Shown here one piece after another: positions 25,933 through 40,500 of a DNA stretch of 64,000 nt (the stretch's first letter is position 1; every line of letters starts with the position of its first letter). Position numbers and translations under genes: made by a program. The DNA comes from Antedon mediterranea (taxonomy: Eukaryota; Animalia; Echinodermata): NCBI RefSeq assembly GCF_964355755.1, contig NC_092676.1, positions 27,050,871 to 27,114,870 of the forward strand, in the 5' to 3' direction. The notes beneath the pieces are model-generated. The model made no database searches. It saw only the letters and a program-made list of their open reading frames with translations, and had not been told where the DNA came from.

Positions 25933-28197
25933 ATGCCCTCTATGAGTAAAATATTATTCACCAAATGAAATAATACCACATTTTAAATTATGGTATGGAA
26001 GTATAAACTAATTTAAAATACTAAAAAAATAAACGGCCAAGAAAAAAAACTTATGGTAGGGTTTTAAATACATCACAGCACATCATACGGTATATCAAAC
26101 ATGATCAACAAAAAGACCAGAAATAAAAAGTGATATTTTTACTAGGCTACAACTTGGAACAGTATCAGCAGACATGTGAACTGATATACCGGTAACAAAT
26201 TACCATTTCCTTCCGCAAGGATAGACGACGTGTAAATAAATATATAGGAATACAAAGTGATGTATATATTAAGCTATGATATCTGAAAACAGATGAAGAG
26301 ATAGAACGTGAGTGCAGCTTGCCACCGACCCACTAAGAGGTTTGCCTCGAGGCATGCTTACTGCGATTTGCCCCACATGGTAGCCAGTACAGGAAGTAGC
26401 AACTTAGCAAAGGTTCAACTGTCGTCCAAAATACCCATAATGCATTGATCTCGCCTACGCTGGGTCGAACGCATCCACCTTAATTATAAAACTAAGTTTT
26501 ATATCTATCATTACAATTTTTCTTTATGATTTTGATGATCTATATAATATGGTAGAGGGCTAGAAAGGAGAGGGGGTTGGAAAGGATGGTGCTTTGCCTA
26601 GATCAACTGTCAGAGCCCAAAGTGTACGAAGACTGCAGTCTGAGATTCAGAGTTAATATCGGCATCTGAGCCCAAATATATTACTTTTTAGAAATAGACT
26701 TTTGAAAGAATTCAAAGAATCAGACCCAACATAATTCACAAAAGTAATACATATATATGTTGAAGAAATTGTATGAACAATCAGAGAGAATTGTCAGGGG
26801 AGGTCTCACAGATTGTAAGGTCAACAAACAAGTCATCCCTTGTAAGATGTCATTGCCATGGTGATGTCAGAATGTCTCCAAAGTTTGTAATGATGATGAA
26901 CGATTTGATTGATCAAAAGTGGCTCATTGTGGGTACCATTAAAACATTATGGAGGGCAGTGATCTATATATTCCGTTTATAAGCAAGTGCTAAAAACGAA
27001 ATAATTGCCAGGAAAATATATGATTTCAAAAGAGAATAACAATAAAGGTAGTAGGGAAAAGGAAAGTTACTAAAAATAGAAACTTTTTAAACTTTTTTTT
27101 AACCTGTAAACTAGTTATAATTTTTACTGAATGATTTCCTATGAAAATAAACAATATTGGTAAATAATATCAATAGTAATATATTACAAGTGAATGCAAT
27201 ACCATGCAGGGGCATTGTCCACCGTAGTTCATCGCCTGCGGGGAGGTCACATTTACATACATCACCGCATTTTACGCAGATGGACTTGGTCTGAAAGTGA
27301 TATGAGAATTTCACAACCCTCTTTGTTACCAAGAGGGCTTAATTAATTAACATGCTTTTTAATTAGTTAAGATATCTGACCTCGAGTGCACTCACTGGAG
27401 TAACGGTAAAATTATGAATAAAAACATTATAACCGTGTATAATTCTTTTGTACCGCATTCTGTATTAAAGCGTTTATACCCGTTACATTATTTAGTATTG
27501 GGTTAACCTTCGTATGACCTGCATTTATTGAATAGAGTCCAAATTAGTTATCATTTATTTAAATGTTATGGTACAATGTGAGCATATAAACTTACCACTT
27601 CAATGTTACCAAATTTATCTTTAAATCACATATCACTGTTTTAAATGAAACATGTTTTCTCAGTAATTCTGGTGTGACAAATTACAATACATACAGTTAT
27701 ATTATGATGGGTAAATTTCATATTACATTATTGACCTCATTTTGTCTTTAAACTGCATTGTGGTTAATAATGCAAATATGAACACCTAACAAATGTTGTA
27801 CTTAGAATCGGTTTATTTTGTAAGTAGAAACGGGGCCTAAGACATAATATCCTGAATAGTTTTAACCACAGTGATCTGAAGTTGACCTAAGGAAGTCATT
27901 ATCATAACTAATATGAATATTTCAGAAAGGTTAAAAGGTCATTCATAAATAGACTACCACTAAACATAAAAAAAAATGTTAAACAGAAAATATACTTTTA
28001 TTTTTGGGATTTCATACTTTCATTATATTTCTATGGTTTAAGTTAAGTCAAATAGTGGTTGCTATATATATATATATATATATATAAGGAGTATATTTCA
28101 AGGGGGCCTGATGAAAAGAAATTTGGGAAAATTATGGTTGGAATACTCGGATTGCATTAACAATGGGATTTAGAAAAATCTTGTGCCTAAATAACTT

Positions 28198-29268
28198 AAA
28201 CTCATGGCTGTGTCCCTGATTAATAGGAGCAAAATCTGATGTCTAGAGTTAGCCTGAATTAGGGCACTTGAGCATGGAATTATACTCATATACGGTATTA
28301 GTTAAACTCATGACTGTGTCTCTGCTTAATATGAGCAAAATCTGATGTCTAAAGTTAGTCTGAATTAGGGGCACTTGAGCATGGAATTATACTCATATAC
28401 GGTATTAGTTAAACTCATGGCTGTGTCCCTGATTAATAGGAGCAAATCTGATGTCTAGAGTTAGCCTGAATTAGGGACACTTAAGCATGGAATTATACTC
28501 ATATACGGTATTATTTAAACTCATGGCTGTGTCCCTGCTCAATATGAGCAAAATCTGATGTCTAGAGTTAGCCTGAATTAGGGGCACTTGAGCATGGAAT
28601 TATACTCATATACGGTATTAGTTAAAGTTTAAACTCATGGCCAGGGAAAATTTTCATTAAAAAATTTTGTTTAGCAATATTGCTAATCAAACTGATTTTT
28701 AAGTCGAGAAACATAGTTTTGTATTGTATTTTTTGCTACACAATTTTCAAAATGTGTAGCAATAAGGTTGTTTTGTATAGCTTTTTGCTACGCTACACTG
28801 GCGAAAATGTTCTCTGATGGCTGTGTCCCTGATTAATATGAGCAAAATCTGATGTCTAGAGTTAGCCTGAATTAGGGGCACTTGAGCATGGAATTATACT
28901 CATATACGGTATTAGTTAAACTCATGGCTGTGTCCCTGCTTAATATGAGCAAAATCTGATGATGTCTAGAGTTAGCCTGAATAAGGGGCACTTGAGCATC
29001 GAATTATACTCATATACGGTATTAGTTAAACTCATGGCTGTGTCTCTGCTTAATATGAGCAAAATCTGATGCCTAGAGTTAGCCTGAATTAGGGGCACTT
29101 GAGCATGGAATTATACTCATATACGGTATTAGTTAAACTCATGGCTGTGTCTCTGCTTAATATGAGCAAAATCTGATGCCTAGAGTTAGCCTGAATTAGG
29201 GGCACTTGAGCATGGAATTATACTCATATACGGTATTAGTTAAACTTATGGCTGTGTCCCTGATTAAT
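28198..29268. repeat. Tandem satellite, 106-107-bp unit, 8 full units plus a partial one
   Basis: Units start aaactcatgg at about 28198, 28304, 28411, 28517, 28631, 28918, 29028, 29135, 29242; very high identity. Confidence 0.97.
28642..28816. mobile_element. 175-bp MITE inserted in satellite unit 5, 5-bp TSD ATGGC
   Basis: TIR cagggaaaattttc / gaaaatgttctctg (12 of 14); atggc at 28637-28641 and 28817-28821; neighbouring units show the empty site. Confidence 0.88.
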
Positions 29269-29689
29269 AATAGTAATTATTATACAGTGCATCTGTATAC
29301 ATTCTAGATTTAATAATAGATTGAGATATAATTAATCATATCCGTTTTATAGTCTCTAGCTATAACTATTATCTTCATTCTGCTCTATTTATTTTAGTGA
29401 TGGTTCTAGCGTTACCCATTATTGTTCTCGGTAATAATGGTGTATTGAGACGACAGAGTATCAAGTTAACGTATTCTATTACAACTAATGAGTAGATATT
29501 TTAAAATAAAATTGAAAATGAGTGTAAAAACAAGCTTAGTATAAATTAAATACAATTCACAACAATGCCGCAGTAATATTGAATAATACAAGTTGGTTGG
29601 TTGATTAACGAAGAGTAAAAAAGTACACATGCATCTAAAAATGTTCAAACAAACAAGTTTAAATTACATTACAATATAAATGATGATGT

Positions 29690-29850
29690 TGGTTTGTGGG
29701 GAGGCGCCCACCTGAGGGCATAGTTCATGGACTATACCATTTGTAGAAACAGACGTTCAATGAAAATTTCTACTTTTTGAGTTTATCTCGCTCTTTGAGG
29801 AGAATGGGCTATTGTTGGTTTATCCAGGTAAACTAGACAGGAAATTGACA
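29690..29850 (+). mobile_element. Dispersed SINE/LINE-like family B ending TGTTGGTTTATCCAGGTAAGCTAG.CACGAAATAGACTA
   Basis: Related copies at about 13068-13100, 31730-31790, 52230-52346, 55790-55896 (all +) and 55645-55780 (-). Confidence 0.75.
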
Positions 29851-31374
29851 AAATAAGTTCAAATTAGACTACGATATAATCAGGAGTAAAATTAAATTAA
29901 AAGCTTGGGTACACAACAAATAATTTACAAAAAAAAACAGTTTGAAAACTGTATCTATGCTTTGAGGATGTATAGATTGGTTCACTCTACCATGAGTGTT
30001 AAGTAATCCGAATCTTAATGACCTCTACAACCTCTTATATCCTGTGGACATCAGGCCAGTTACCGAGCAAATGAGCGACCACCACCAACACATCTGTCAA
30101 ACACAGCGCCTTATTAAACTTCCTTCGGCTACTCCACTGAAGATCACTAGCGTAGCACACACCAACATTTTCATTTCCCATACACATTTCCTTTTGTCTA
30201 TAAATTAAATAATTTTAAATCCCCCTATAGTGTTGGATACATTCAGTAATATCAGGGTTATTTACAAATAGAGATCTGGGGATAAAATGTGTAATAATTC
30301 ACTGCTCAACAAGTAGCCACGGACCACTTCAATCAAAATTCAGTTATGCCGATGCATTTCTCACCAAATGAACCCAGTCTTTCGAGGCTCCCAATGGGCT
30401 GGCCTCACGAGGAAAGAGATTTAATGCCAAGGCTGAAGATAAGCTCAGTTCTAGAGAAAAGTAATCTCTCTTCACATGCCTGTGCTGTCTTTTGGCCAAA
30501 AACTGAACTAACTGGCTTTGATGATGGTCGATGTTGTCGAGCTATTGGTCACTATTGTTACAATATTAACCCTTAATAGTATCTTTTTGAGATTTGTTCC
30601 ATCAGATATTTTTTACTTATTGAAAATATTTCGACAGATAAATACAATTAATCTAGTTTATTTGTCACATATTAAAATGCCAACGCCAATATCTAAAATA
30701 AAAAATTAATTTCATTTTATTTATTTATTTTTCTTCGCCACAGGGAACTTACGGAAAGAAACAATTGGAAAATAATTTATTTTGTTATTCATATTTTTAA
30801 AATGTTGGGTTGTTGAATGTATGTGACTAATCATTTCTTACCCCTCCGTGATTAAACTGATCTTCCGATAAACTCCTAAGGGACCATTTCACACTAGGCC
30901 CACAATTCCTGTTCATAGATTCAGAGTGTTTGACCAGGTCTGAACTGAAACTTGCCCTGGCTTTTAGTAAATAATAATTTAAAAAACTCTTGAATGCTTA
31001 AATTAAACATGTAATGCCCAGTATTTTTTTAAACTTTAAATTAAGAAAAAGTTTTAGAAACATTACACAATATTTAACTTGATTAATATCTGTAATGCTA
31101 AAATATTTGATGTACTGTAGTTAACAACAGACCTTCAAATACAGAGCAACAAAGGAATGGAATCTTTTACCAACTGAAACTAGAACAAAAGTAACTGGGA
31201 AACATATGTATAAACTCAAAAATATAGCAACTCTTATGTCATCTAAGTGATCCTACATTTTTTTATATTTTATTTTTTATATTTTATTTGTTTTTAACTG
31301 TTCTGTATATATCTTTTAAATTAGGCCTACTGTGTATTTATGTTATAAATTTTATTTACTTTTAAATTTATACC

Positions 31375-31460
31375 TGGACCATTTTGGAAAGCAGTACTGT
31401 GTTACTGAAAATGCAATCCAGTCAAAAGAAAGAATAAATAAATAAATAAAGAAAGAAATA
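31375..31460 (+). mobile_element. LINE/SINE 3' tail with (TAAA)n
   Basis: ctggaccattttgg...ctgaaaatgcaatcca...aataaataaataaa; homologous to 5000-5075. Confidence 0.55.
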
Positions 31461-32264
31461 AACAGCAAAGGGAGGAAGGGCATGATAGGCTTCAGCTAAA
31501 TGAATTACCAACGTAAAATATTTTTGAAATAAAATAAATAAATAAATAACTAACAAAGAAAAATTTTAGTAAAACACACGTTTGTGTAAAAATGTATGTT
31601 TTAGGTTCTTTATTGAATTCTTTTTTCTAAAGACATTAATTATTTGTTCTCAGTAAGAAAAAAAACATGCTACAGGTATTACTGAAATTTTAAAAGGAAA
31701 TTTGTAATACCAAAAATAAATTCTAAACCTGCTCTATCTCATCAATATAAATGTTGGTTTATCCAGGTAAGCTAGGCAAAAAAAAGACTAAAAATTACTA
31801 TTAACTACTCTAATAGTAAAAACTCTGTGATAGGTTGTTATGGGAATTTAACATTGGTCATCCAAAATGCGAGTTAAATATAAAATTGTGGAATAGTACC
31901 ATCAATCAACACCTTTGTGCATGGACTTACCATTTTAATCTTAATAACCTCGAAAGACGATCTCTAAATCCAATCTAATGTCGTCATAATAATTTTATCG
32001 ATCTATACCCAAGTATTATTTCCCGTAAAATACACTACAAAAATAAAGACGTTTAATAATGAAAAATGATAAAATAAATGATACTATCTTGTATCAGATA
32101 TGAATCATTTATATAAGATTGATATTTTTTTTAAAAGAAAAAAGAAGCTCAACACATCCAGAAGGGCTTAAAGGGTGTTGAAGTTGTAGGTTGCAGGTAG
32201 GATATTGGGCTTATCATTGAGTAGGTGTTCACTACACTACAATGTGTAGACTATTAGTTTAAAT

Positions 32265-32710
32265 ATATCACATCTGAGTGTATCCTTGCTACTTGATTGG
32301 TTAATATCATATCATGTGCCATTCAATATTAGTTCTATTGCATTATACAGTAGAAAATTTTACATCACATCTGCCATTCAATATTATTTCTATTGCAATA
32401 TTGAAACTTATACATCACATACGAGTGTATCCTTGCCACTTAATTGGTTAATATCATAACATGTGCCATTCAATATTAGTTCTATTGCATTATACAGTAG
32501 AAAATTTTACATCACATCTGCCATTTAATATTATTTCTATTGCAATATTGAAACTTATACATCACATATGAGTGTTTGCCACTTGATTGGTTAATATTAT
32601 ATGATGTGCATTCAATATTAGTTCTATTTCACAGTAAAGGGCTATTGCACAGTAAAAGGGCTATTGCACAGTAAAGGGCTATTGCACAGGTAAGAACTAT
32701 ATTGCACAGG
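32265..32710. repeat. ~146-bp tandem repeat x2.5 followed by an 18-19-bp minisatellite (ctattgcacagtaaaggg, about 5 units)
   Basis: atcacat..gagtgt...acttgattggttaatat at 32265, 32411, 32557. Confidence 0.9.
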
Positions 32711-34869
32711 CTTTCGTAAAAAAATGTTCAGGTGTTAAACCAACGTGTTAAATAGAACATTTATTATTTTAACTCATGACAATATTCTTTCTATTTAACT
32801 CACAAATTGCACATATTTATTCAACAGACATTGACGTCAATAAATTGAGCATACTGGTAAGATGAATGGTGCAATGAACAAATAAGATATCAAAACTGAA
32901 CATAAAGCAATAAATACAAATGTCAGGTAACGTCTAAGTAAAGTACAAATAGATTTGAACAAGGGTGACTGGCACGCAATCATAATTAAAGCACCAGGCT
33001 ACAGCGCCATTAATCTACAGATTAAATATAATTTATCTCGCTCTATTAATTCCCTCTTAACATATTTACATGGAATCGCAGACTATTCTTGTTAATCCGC
33101 CAAAATCGAACATTCAATTTATGCCGGAATCTAATTTAAACATTAATTTTTATTAAACGTACATTTTCCAGGTGTGAACAAACGAATGATAGCTGTTACG
33201 ATTTCTAAGATGATTGACGGTTACAGGTTAAAAGACGAATAACGTCACCAACATCCCGCATGATACATTAAACTAATTTGCGATAATGTTTATGCTTGTA
33301 TTCTATATAAAGTTCAAGAACTCTTTACCTTCTAAGGTACAATGCAATTGTTACTATTCATCTCACAAATCCTTCCACATAGAATGAGGCTATATGCCGC
33401 TATAATATCCTTTTGTTGTACACTTCAATCCATACATTATTCATAGACACATGAAATAATCTTTTAAATACAAAATCGTATTTGCTTGATCCCTTTATCC
33501 CCTGGTATGTGAAATTAATTTTCAAATCGATGCAATGATAATTATTATTATTATATCATTGAATATTAGTGTGGATAATCATAATCATGCATGATAATAA
33601 AAATGATAATTACTTTAAGCATGATTGAAGATCATCGTAATGATGTAATGTACAACAATGATAACACAAAAATAATGAACATGATATTGTTAGGATGAAT
33701 GCAAATCAACTTTTGATTGTTTTCTTGTAATGTACAGTACTGTTTTCAATAAGGACCTTTTTTTAATTTAATTTAATAAATAATTTTTTTTTATTTAGTG
33801 TTAATTTCAAATTAATTAATTAATATTTTTACGCTTTATTTGTATTTAATAAAAGTGACGGAAAAAAAAAGGCTTTTAATACTCAATGACAACTGTTTAG
33901 ACTTATTTTCTTTTCATATTTTAATTTTCGGATGATTGGGACATAAATGACTGAGAATTTCAGTGCAGGCTAGATCATGTTAAACGTGCCGCTAATGCTT
34001 TTAAGTCTGTGGAAGCTGTATATGGGTGTTAAAGGCTTTCTAACAACCATAAGGTCCCCCAAGAGAGAGGCCTAGCAAGGGTCATATAATTCTACTCAAA
34101 TCAGTAGGGAAAGAAAAAACTCTCCAAACAGAAATTTATCACGTTTACAAATCTAAAGCCTGAAGCCAAATATTTTTAGTGAAGCAACAGGAAAAAAACA
34201 TTACATCATAGCAACTGACAAAATGAAATAAATATTTAATATTTTTCTATTTTATTTCACCATAGTATTTGAGCCAATAGATTTTTGTATTCTTGTCAGT
34301 AAAGTTGATTTAAATCAATTTCAAGTGTTATTAATAGTCAAAACTTAATTTAGTATATTTATATTTATATACAGTATCGATATTATTTCATCAATGCTAT
34401 TTTTCCTGTGTGGTTAAATCAGTTATTAGACGTATTCAACTTGGCTGTATTCAGCAGATACTGTATCTACTGTAGCTCTGTTAATAGGTATATTTGACTA
34501 GGCTGTTTTGAGCAGATAATCAGATCTTAAAACTGGAGTTACTACTTTTCGTGTTGGGTCTTCGTCTGCCATGTCTACTATTATATGGCTTGGAAAATGA
34601 CAGGGTAACTGTGTTTTTAAGTGTATAAGTTTGGTAAATTATGAGTGTTTTACTCTCGGCAAACATGCTGTTCGTTATGACTGTTTGGTGAACATGTGCT
34701 GGTGGTTCAGGATCTCGGTTTGCACCGAACGTAATATGAAGTAAAATCAGATCTACTGTAGCTGACTGTTTATACTGTATGCTACTAGTAGTAGATCAGT
34801 CCAAGATGCTTGAAGTGACCAGGCAAATACCACTAATTTCACCTACCGTACTGTACTGTAGGTTCTAGC

Positions 34870-35020
34870 CTACACTATCAAACTAGTTTGACAAAAAAAG
34901 TGTGATGTGCCCAAATATGAAAGTGATTGCACAAATATGGTAGTGATATGACATCATCATGTCTATATATGGGCACATCACATTTTTTGTCACATAAAGT
35001 TTGATAGTGTAGACAGAGCT
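34870..35020 (+). mobile_element. PIF/Harbinger-type MITE family C
   Basis: ctacactatcaaact ... agtttgatagtgtagacagagct|tta; internal aaatatggtagtgatatg. Confidence 0.88.
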
Positions 35021-35434
35021 TTATATACTAGTATAATCCTTATATATCCTTATATAACCTCCAAAGATCTTGTCAATGACACACCTCCTTTCTATGTAGG
35101 CTACTAGAATATTAAGAAGGATGTTCAGTCTGATTTTAATGTTTACATTCTGTGAACAATATACATTTCCAGGAAAGCAGAACACTTAACAAATTTCCTC
35201 TTTACAATAAATCATACCATGACCTACCTACAAACTTGTAGCAAAAATTAATAAATTAGAAATAATATTTTTAGAATCTAACAGTCTACTTCAAGATCCA
35301 GAAAAGATTAATGCCAAAAAACGCACCACTAGTACGCAACCTAAATAATTTTAGATAAAATTGACTGACATACCGGTCACGATAAAACTGTACTTATGTT
35401 TCAACTTTACATACTCTTTATCTTAGTCAATATA

Positions 35435-35590
35435 CAGTGTAACCTTTATTAGGTGGACACCTTTCGGAACATAACAGAAATGTTCCTTCTTGGTGGTGTC
35501 CCCTGAATAGGGGTTGGCTATAGTCTTAAAACATACATTTCTTGTTCGTTTCATGGGAAGGTGTTCCCTTTAATAGGGTCTTCTACTATG
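35435..35590 (+). mobile_element. MITE family A copy
   Basis: ta|cagtgtaacc ... ttctact; shares internal sequence with the 2525 and 9810 copies. Confidence 0.65.
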
Positions 35591-36356
35591 TAGTATGTCA
35601 AAACTTAAGTTTTACGGTAATATGCTAACAAAAATTTTATTATTATTATAGCAAATGATACATAAAACTACCTTATTTGCTTCACAGCCATAAAATGGTA
35701 TACTAGTACAACACTTTCCTACTGCGACTTCATTCTCTATTCTAGATTACCAGTGATTGTTCATCAAAGTTATCGAATGGAATTGTTTACAGTTAATGTG
35801 AATTTAATTCATGGTAAAAAAAAATGTTCACAGAAAATGTCATCTTATGTGACATAAAGAAGTCATAAATAGAAGGATCGGAGGTTAGAGGGGTCAGACG
35901 AACATAAGCTACGGTTAGGTTCAGCGAGTTTATTTCAGGGGAATCAACGAGATGATTCCAATTACATTTTTATCTCAGCTGTCAACATGAGAAGGGAGTC
36001 GAATTTCATTAACATTATGGCATCTGTTTCCCCGATAAATATAAAGTGTACAGTACTACAGGTTAGGGGGGTTCGGTACTGAACTATCTACACATTAAGG
36101 TTAATGTTACTAACTAGATACTAAATAATGTTTCTGGTATTCGATGATAGGCTAGCAAATGTAGCTTTGCCTCTAGATAGTCTTCTAATTTTAACATTAA
36201 TCTACTAATCACACGGCTGAATACAATTGTTTATGTTATTTGATGACGGGCATGGAAATGAAGAAATAGACACTTTAGGTGTGGTGGAAAAATTGGAAAT
36301 CAAAATCTTCAATCTCTCAAAGATATAATTAGTATTACATTAATGTAATACTTAAT

Positions 36357-36490
36357 ATTTGCACTGATGAAAGGCTAGTTTTGCCCAAAACCTCTGCAAA
36401 TTTCTGCACATTTTTTTGGCTGTTTTACTCCATTAAGATTCAGCCACAGAATTGTAATTTTTTTCAGTAATTTTCCTTTATGGATTAATA
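36357..36490 (+). ncRNA. Minimal type I hammerhead ribozyme remnant (Penelope pLTR/retrozyme-like), copy 1
   Basis: ATTTGCA-CTGATGA-aaggc tagtttt gccc-AAAA-cctc-TGCAAAT: perfect 7-bp stem I, GAAA mutated to AAAA; downstream ~90 bp shared with the 53811 copy. Confidence 0.65.
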
Positions 36491-36823
36491 ATATTACATT
36501 AACACTGTATTAAATACACGTCAATATTCTATTTATTCTTGGCTGCCACAAACTCTGTCTTTCTCTACTACGACATCTCTGTATCTATTAATACCGCAGA
36601 TTGTCAGTTTCATTCATTGCATTGATTTGCTCTACTTAAAACAAACACTCTAGAACTATATCTGTTAATTTGATTGAATTTGACAATTCATACACTTTAG
36701 CAATTAAAATTATTAAATTTAACTTGTGGATATAATTTAATTTAAGATAGATTGTTCCAATACACTCAATTCATACATAATAGATCTATTCTTCTTTGCT
36801 GCACTCTATTATGATCATATTAA

Positions 36824-36981
36824 GGCCAATGTACACAGACAAGCAGTAACGGTAATAAAAATAAGAATCTATGTTATTCCTTATGACCATTTACACAAGG
36901 CGCGGGATAGACACATATTCTATGTCGAGTAAGCTAAGCGGTTTTCCGCTTACCATTCCCGCTCGTCTGTGTACATTGGTA
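36824..36981. mobile_element. Harbinger-like MITE
   Basis: taa|ggccaatgtacacagacaagc ... gctcgtctgtgtacattgg. Confidence 0.75.
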
Positions 36982-37298
36982 TTTTGAGTATAATATATCT
37001 TTCTTTTAAAATTTAATTAAATAATTTTAATTTTATCCAGAAGATGGTTGTAGCATAACAACCAAAATGACAAAACATTCTCAATCTTGAAAGAAGAACA
37101 TCTTTAAGTCTCCAAGTTGTCACCTCAAAATGTCTTGCAGTATTTCTTAACTATTTTACTCATACAATTCATTGTATGCACTTTTCCTATGTTGCCTACT
37201 GTATAGTTAATGATAGCAAAAATGTCATGTATCATCATCAGTATAGTTAAATTATAGCAAGAGCAACAAAAGCCTGAGAATAATTTTGATACAGAAAC

Positions 37299-37505
37299 CA
37301 GTGGCCGTATTCACCATTCACACTTAGGGAGGCTAAGAGAAACACCTACCCTAAAAATAAAGAAAATCTCCTATCTTTAAAATAAATACAATTTAAGGTA
37401 TGTGTAAGGTAAGTATTTCCCTTAAATTGTATTTAAAAATATTTATTGAGTTACGGTAAGTTAATATTTACAGGGAAATATCTCACTTAAGTGTGATTGG
37501 TGAAT
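37299..37505 (+). mobile_element. MITE family D, right TIR split by the 5.2-kb element (remainder at 42727-42739)
   Basis: cagtggccgtattcacc ... agggaaatatctcacttaa.tgtgattggtgaat; intact sibling at 58801-58955. Confidence 0.85.
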
Positions 37506-40500
37506 CACAGCTGTTTCAAACATACGAATTAAGTCATGCGCCCTCAACGTTACAAGTCGTATCGCTGGAGTAACAATACATAAACAATTACTTACAAATC
37601 CACGTGTGCAGAGTGGAGTCAAATGTCATTTAAAGACATGTTTTAAACAGCCAATGAGAATGAGATAAAAAAATAAAGGGTCGGTAAAAATATGAATATT
37701 CATTAAAGAGTCCCTGGATGAAACAAGCACGTTGTCGTTTTGTTTTTAACAAGGAATGTAACGCTGAAAATTAATGGAAGGGTGGACCATAAAATACAAG
37801 CATATACCAATTTACGCACGTGAGTGACATTTCCAAATTAGGTACATGTTTGTTTGTCCGTATCTTTAAAAAATCTAATTTTCACTCTAATTCTTTGGTA
37901 CTGCATGATAATTTAGTTATCTGTGAATGTTATAACATAGTAATGGTCGAGAGGTGATGGTTGAATTTTTTAGCTATGGCCGTTTCAAATTGTGTCATTT
38001 TTAGGCTTAGGCTTGTGTCTACTCTAGTTGCAACACTGCCTTTCATGTGACAGCTGACCCAAATGAGTTTGGAAATGTTACATTATTTGAATTATTTAGG
38101 CCTGGCTGGGTAGGCTAGGCATATACCAATACTATAGGCCCTATTTTTATTTTAATACTAGGCCTAGGCCCTTGCTAGACCTGTGTTCTCTAGCAGCCTA
38201 CTACAGAGAAGCAGCTTTCCGGCTTAGTTAGCCTGGCCTTGAGTAGGCTAGCCTACTAGCCTAATACTAGTATTAGTAGGCTACCTAATTAAAATTAGGC
38301 CCAGGATCTACGCCTAGGCCTATATATTTTTAATATTATTTAATCATTATAATTAATTTTAGTTTTATTAAATTTACAGTATTCATTACAAAAACTGTAA
38401 ATTTAATATTATGAGGATTATATATACCCTATGTAACATGTATGCAATAGGGAATATTATAGGCCTACCCTGTAAAGTGTATGTAATAATTACAATATAA
38501 ATAATGACAAGCATCATATTAACATTCGGTTTTGCTCATCACTGCATATTCAAATTAGTATGCAATCATACTAAATTTAATAAGTTAAGTTAATTTTATA
38601 AAATTGTTATAATAATTATTAATGTTATACTATTGTAGATACATATAATATATAGAGCAGTAACCTGAAGTGGCTAAGCAGATTTGGACCATACCTACCA
38701 TCTATATAGGTAAGATTATTTTGCTGTTCAAGAAGTAGCAAATATTAAATTGTGTACCATGCTATTAATTTGTAATATTAACAATCAATCACTACCACTG
38801 GCTGGGTAGGCTAGGCCTATATTATAGGCCCTATTTTTATTTTAATAATATACTAGATAGACCTGTGCTCTCTATCACTAGCAGCAGCCTACAGAGAAGC
38901 AGCTTTCCAGCTTATTTAGCCTAGCCTAGAGCAATTAGGCTAGGTATAAGTAGGCTACCTAATTAGGCTCTACGCCTATATAGGCCTATTATTATTTAAT
39001 TATTATTAATTTTTGTTTAATATATTTACAGTATTTATTTAAATAATGTTTCTTATGAGAATACCTGGTTATATATACCCTATGCAATGACATAAGGCAT
39101 ATATGCCTACCCTGTATGTAATAATTACAATTATTAAAAATAATGAATTTTAACATTCGTTTTTGCTCATCACTGCATATTCAAATTAGTATGTATGCAA
39201 CCATATTAAATTTAATAAGCTAATTTTAAGTAATTCTTATAATGTTTTACTATTTTTTAGGTACATAGCGGCAACCCGAAGTGGCAAAAATATTTTAAAC
39301 AGATTTGGACCAATACCTAGCAGCCTACCATCTATATACAGTAGGTAAGTTTATTTTACTGCTCAAGAACTAGTAAATTTTAAATTGTGTTTACCATGCT
39401 ACTAATTTTCAATATTAACAATCAATCACTACCACTGGCTGGGTAGGCTAGGCCTATATTATAGGCCCCATTTTTATTTTAATATACTAGCTAGACCTGT
39501 GCTCTCTAACACTAGCAGCCTACAGAGAAGCAGCTTTCCAGCTTATTTAGCCTAGCCTAGAGCAATAGGCTAGGTATAAGTAGACTACCTAATTAGGTCT
39601 AGGCTCTACGCCTAAATATTATTATTTAATTATTATTATTTTTAGTTTTAATATATTTACTGTATTTTATTTAAATAATGTTTATTATGAGAATACCTGG
39701 TTATATATACCCTATGCAATGACATAAGGCATATATGCCTACCCTGTATGTAATAATTACAATTACAGTATTATAAATAATGAATTTAAACATTCGTTTT
39801 TGCTTATCACTGCATATTCAAATTAGTATGTATGCAACCATATTAAATTTAATAAGCTAATTTTAATTAATTTTTATAGTAATGTTTTACTATTTTTTAG
39901 GTACATAGCGGCAACCGGAAGTGGAAAAATCATTTAAACAGATTTGGACCTATACCTATACCTACCATCTATATTATAGGTAAGTTTATTTTACTGTTCA
40001 AGAACTAGTAAATTTTAAATTGTGTTTACCATGCTATTAATTTTCAATATTAACAACCAATCACTACCACTGGCTGGGTAGGCTAGGCCTATATTATAGG
40101 CCCTATTTTTATTTTAATATACTAGCTAGACCTGTGCTCTCTTGCACTAGTAGCTTACAGAGAAGCAGCTTTCCAGCTTATTTAGCCTAGCCTAGAGCAA
40201 TAGGCTAGGTATTAGTAGGCTACCTAATTAGGCATAGAGGCTCTATGCCTATATATTATTATTATTTAATTATTATTAATTTTTATTTTTAATATATTTA
40301 CAGTATTTATTACAAATAATGTTTATTATGAGGATACCTGGTTATATATACCCTATGCAATGACATAAGGCATATATGCCTACCCTGTATGTAATAATTA
40401 CAATTATTATAAATAATGAATTTTAACATTTGTTTTTGCTCATCACTGCATATTCAAATTAGTATGTATGCAACCATAGTAAATTTAATAAGTTAATTTT

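Noticed and set aside
25621-25945. Repeat-spacer-like pattern and three overlapping ORFs
   Set aside because: The 'spacers' are themselves repeated modules; the ORFs are by-products of the minisatellite.
28198-29268. Regular repeat array that might be CRISPR
   Set aside because: Contiguous 106-107-bp units with no unique spacers, no cas genes, eukaryotic context.
39901-39930. ATGSGK Walker-A-like peptide
   Set aside because: Present in one of four units, followed by a stop, with no other helicase motifs.
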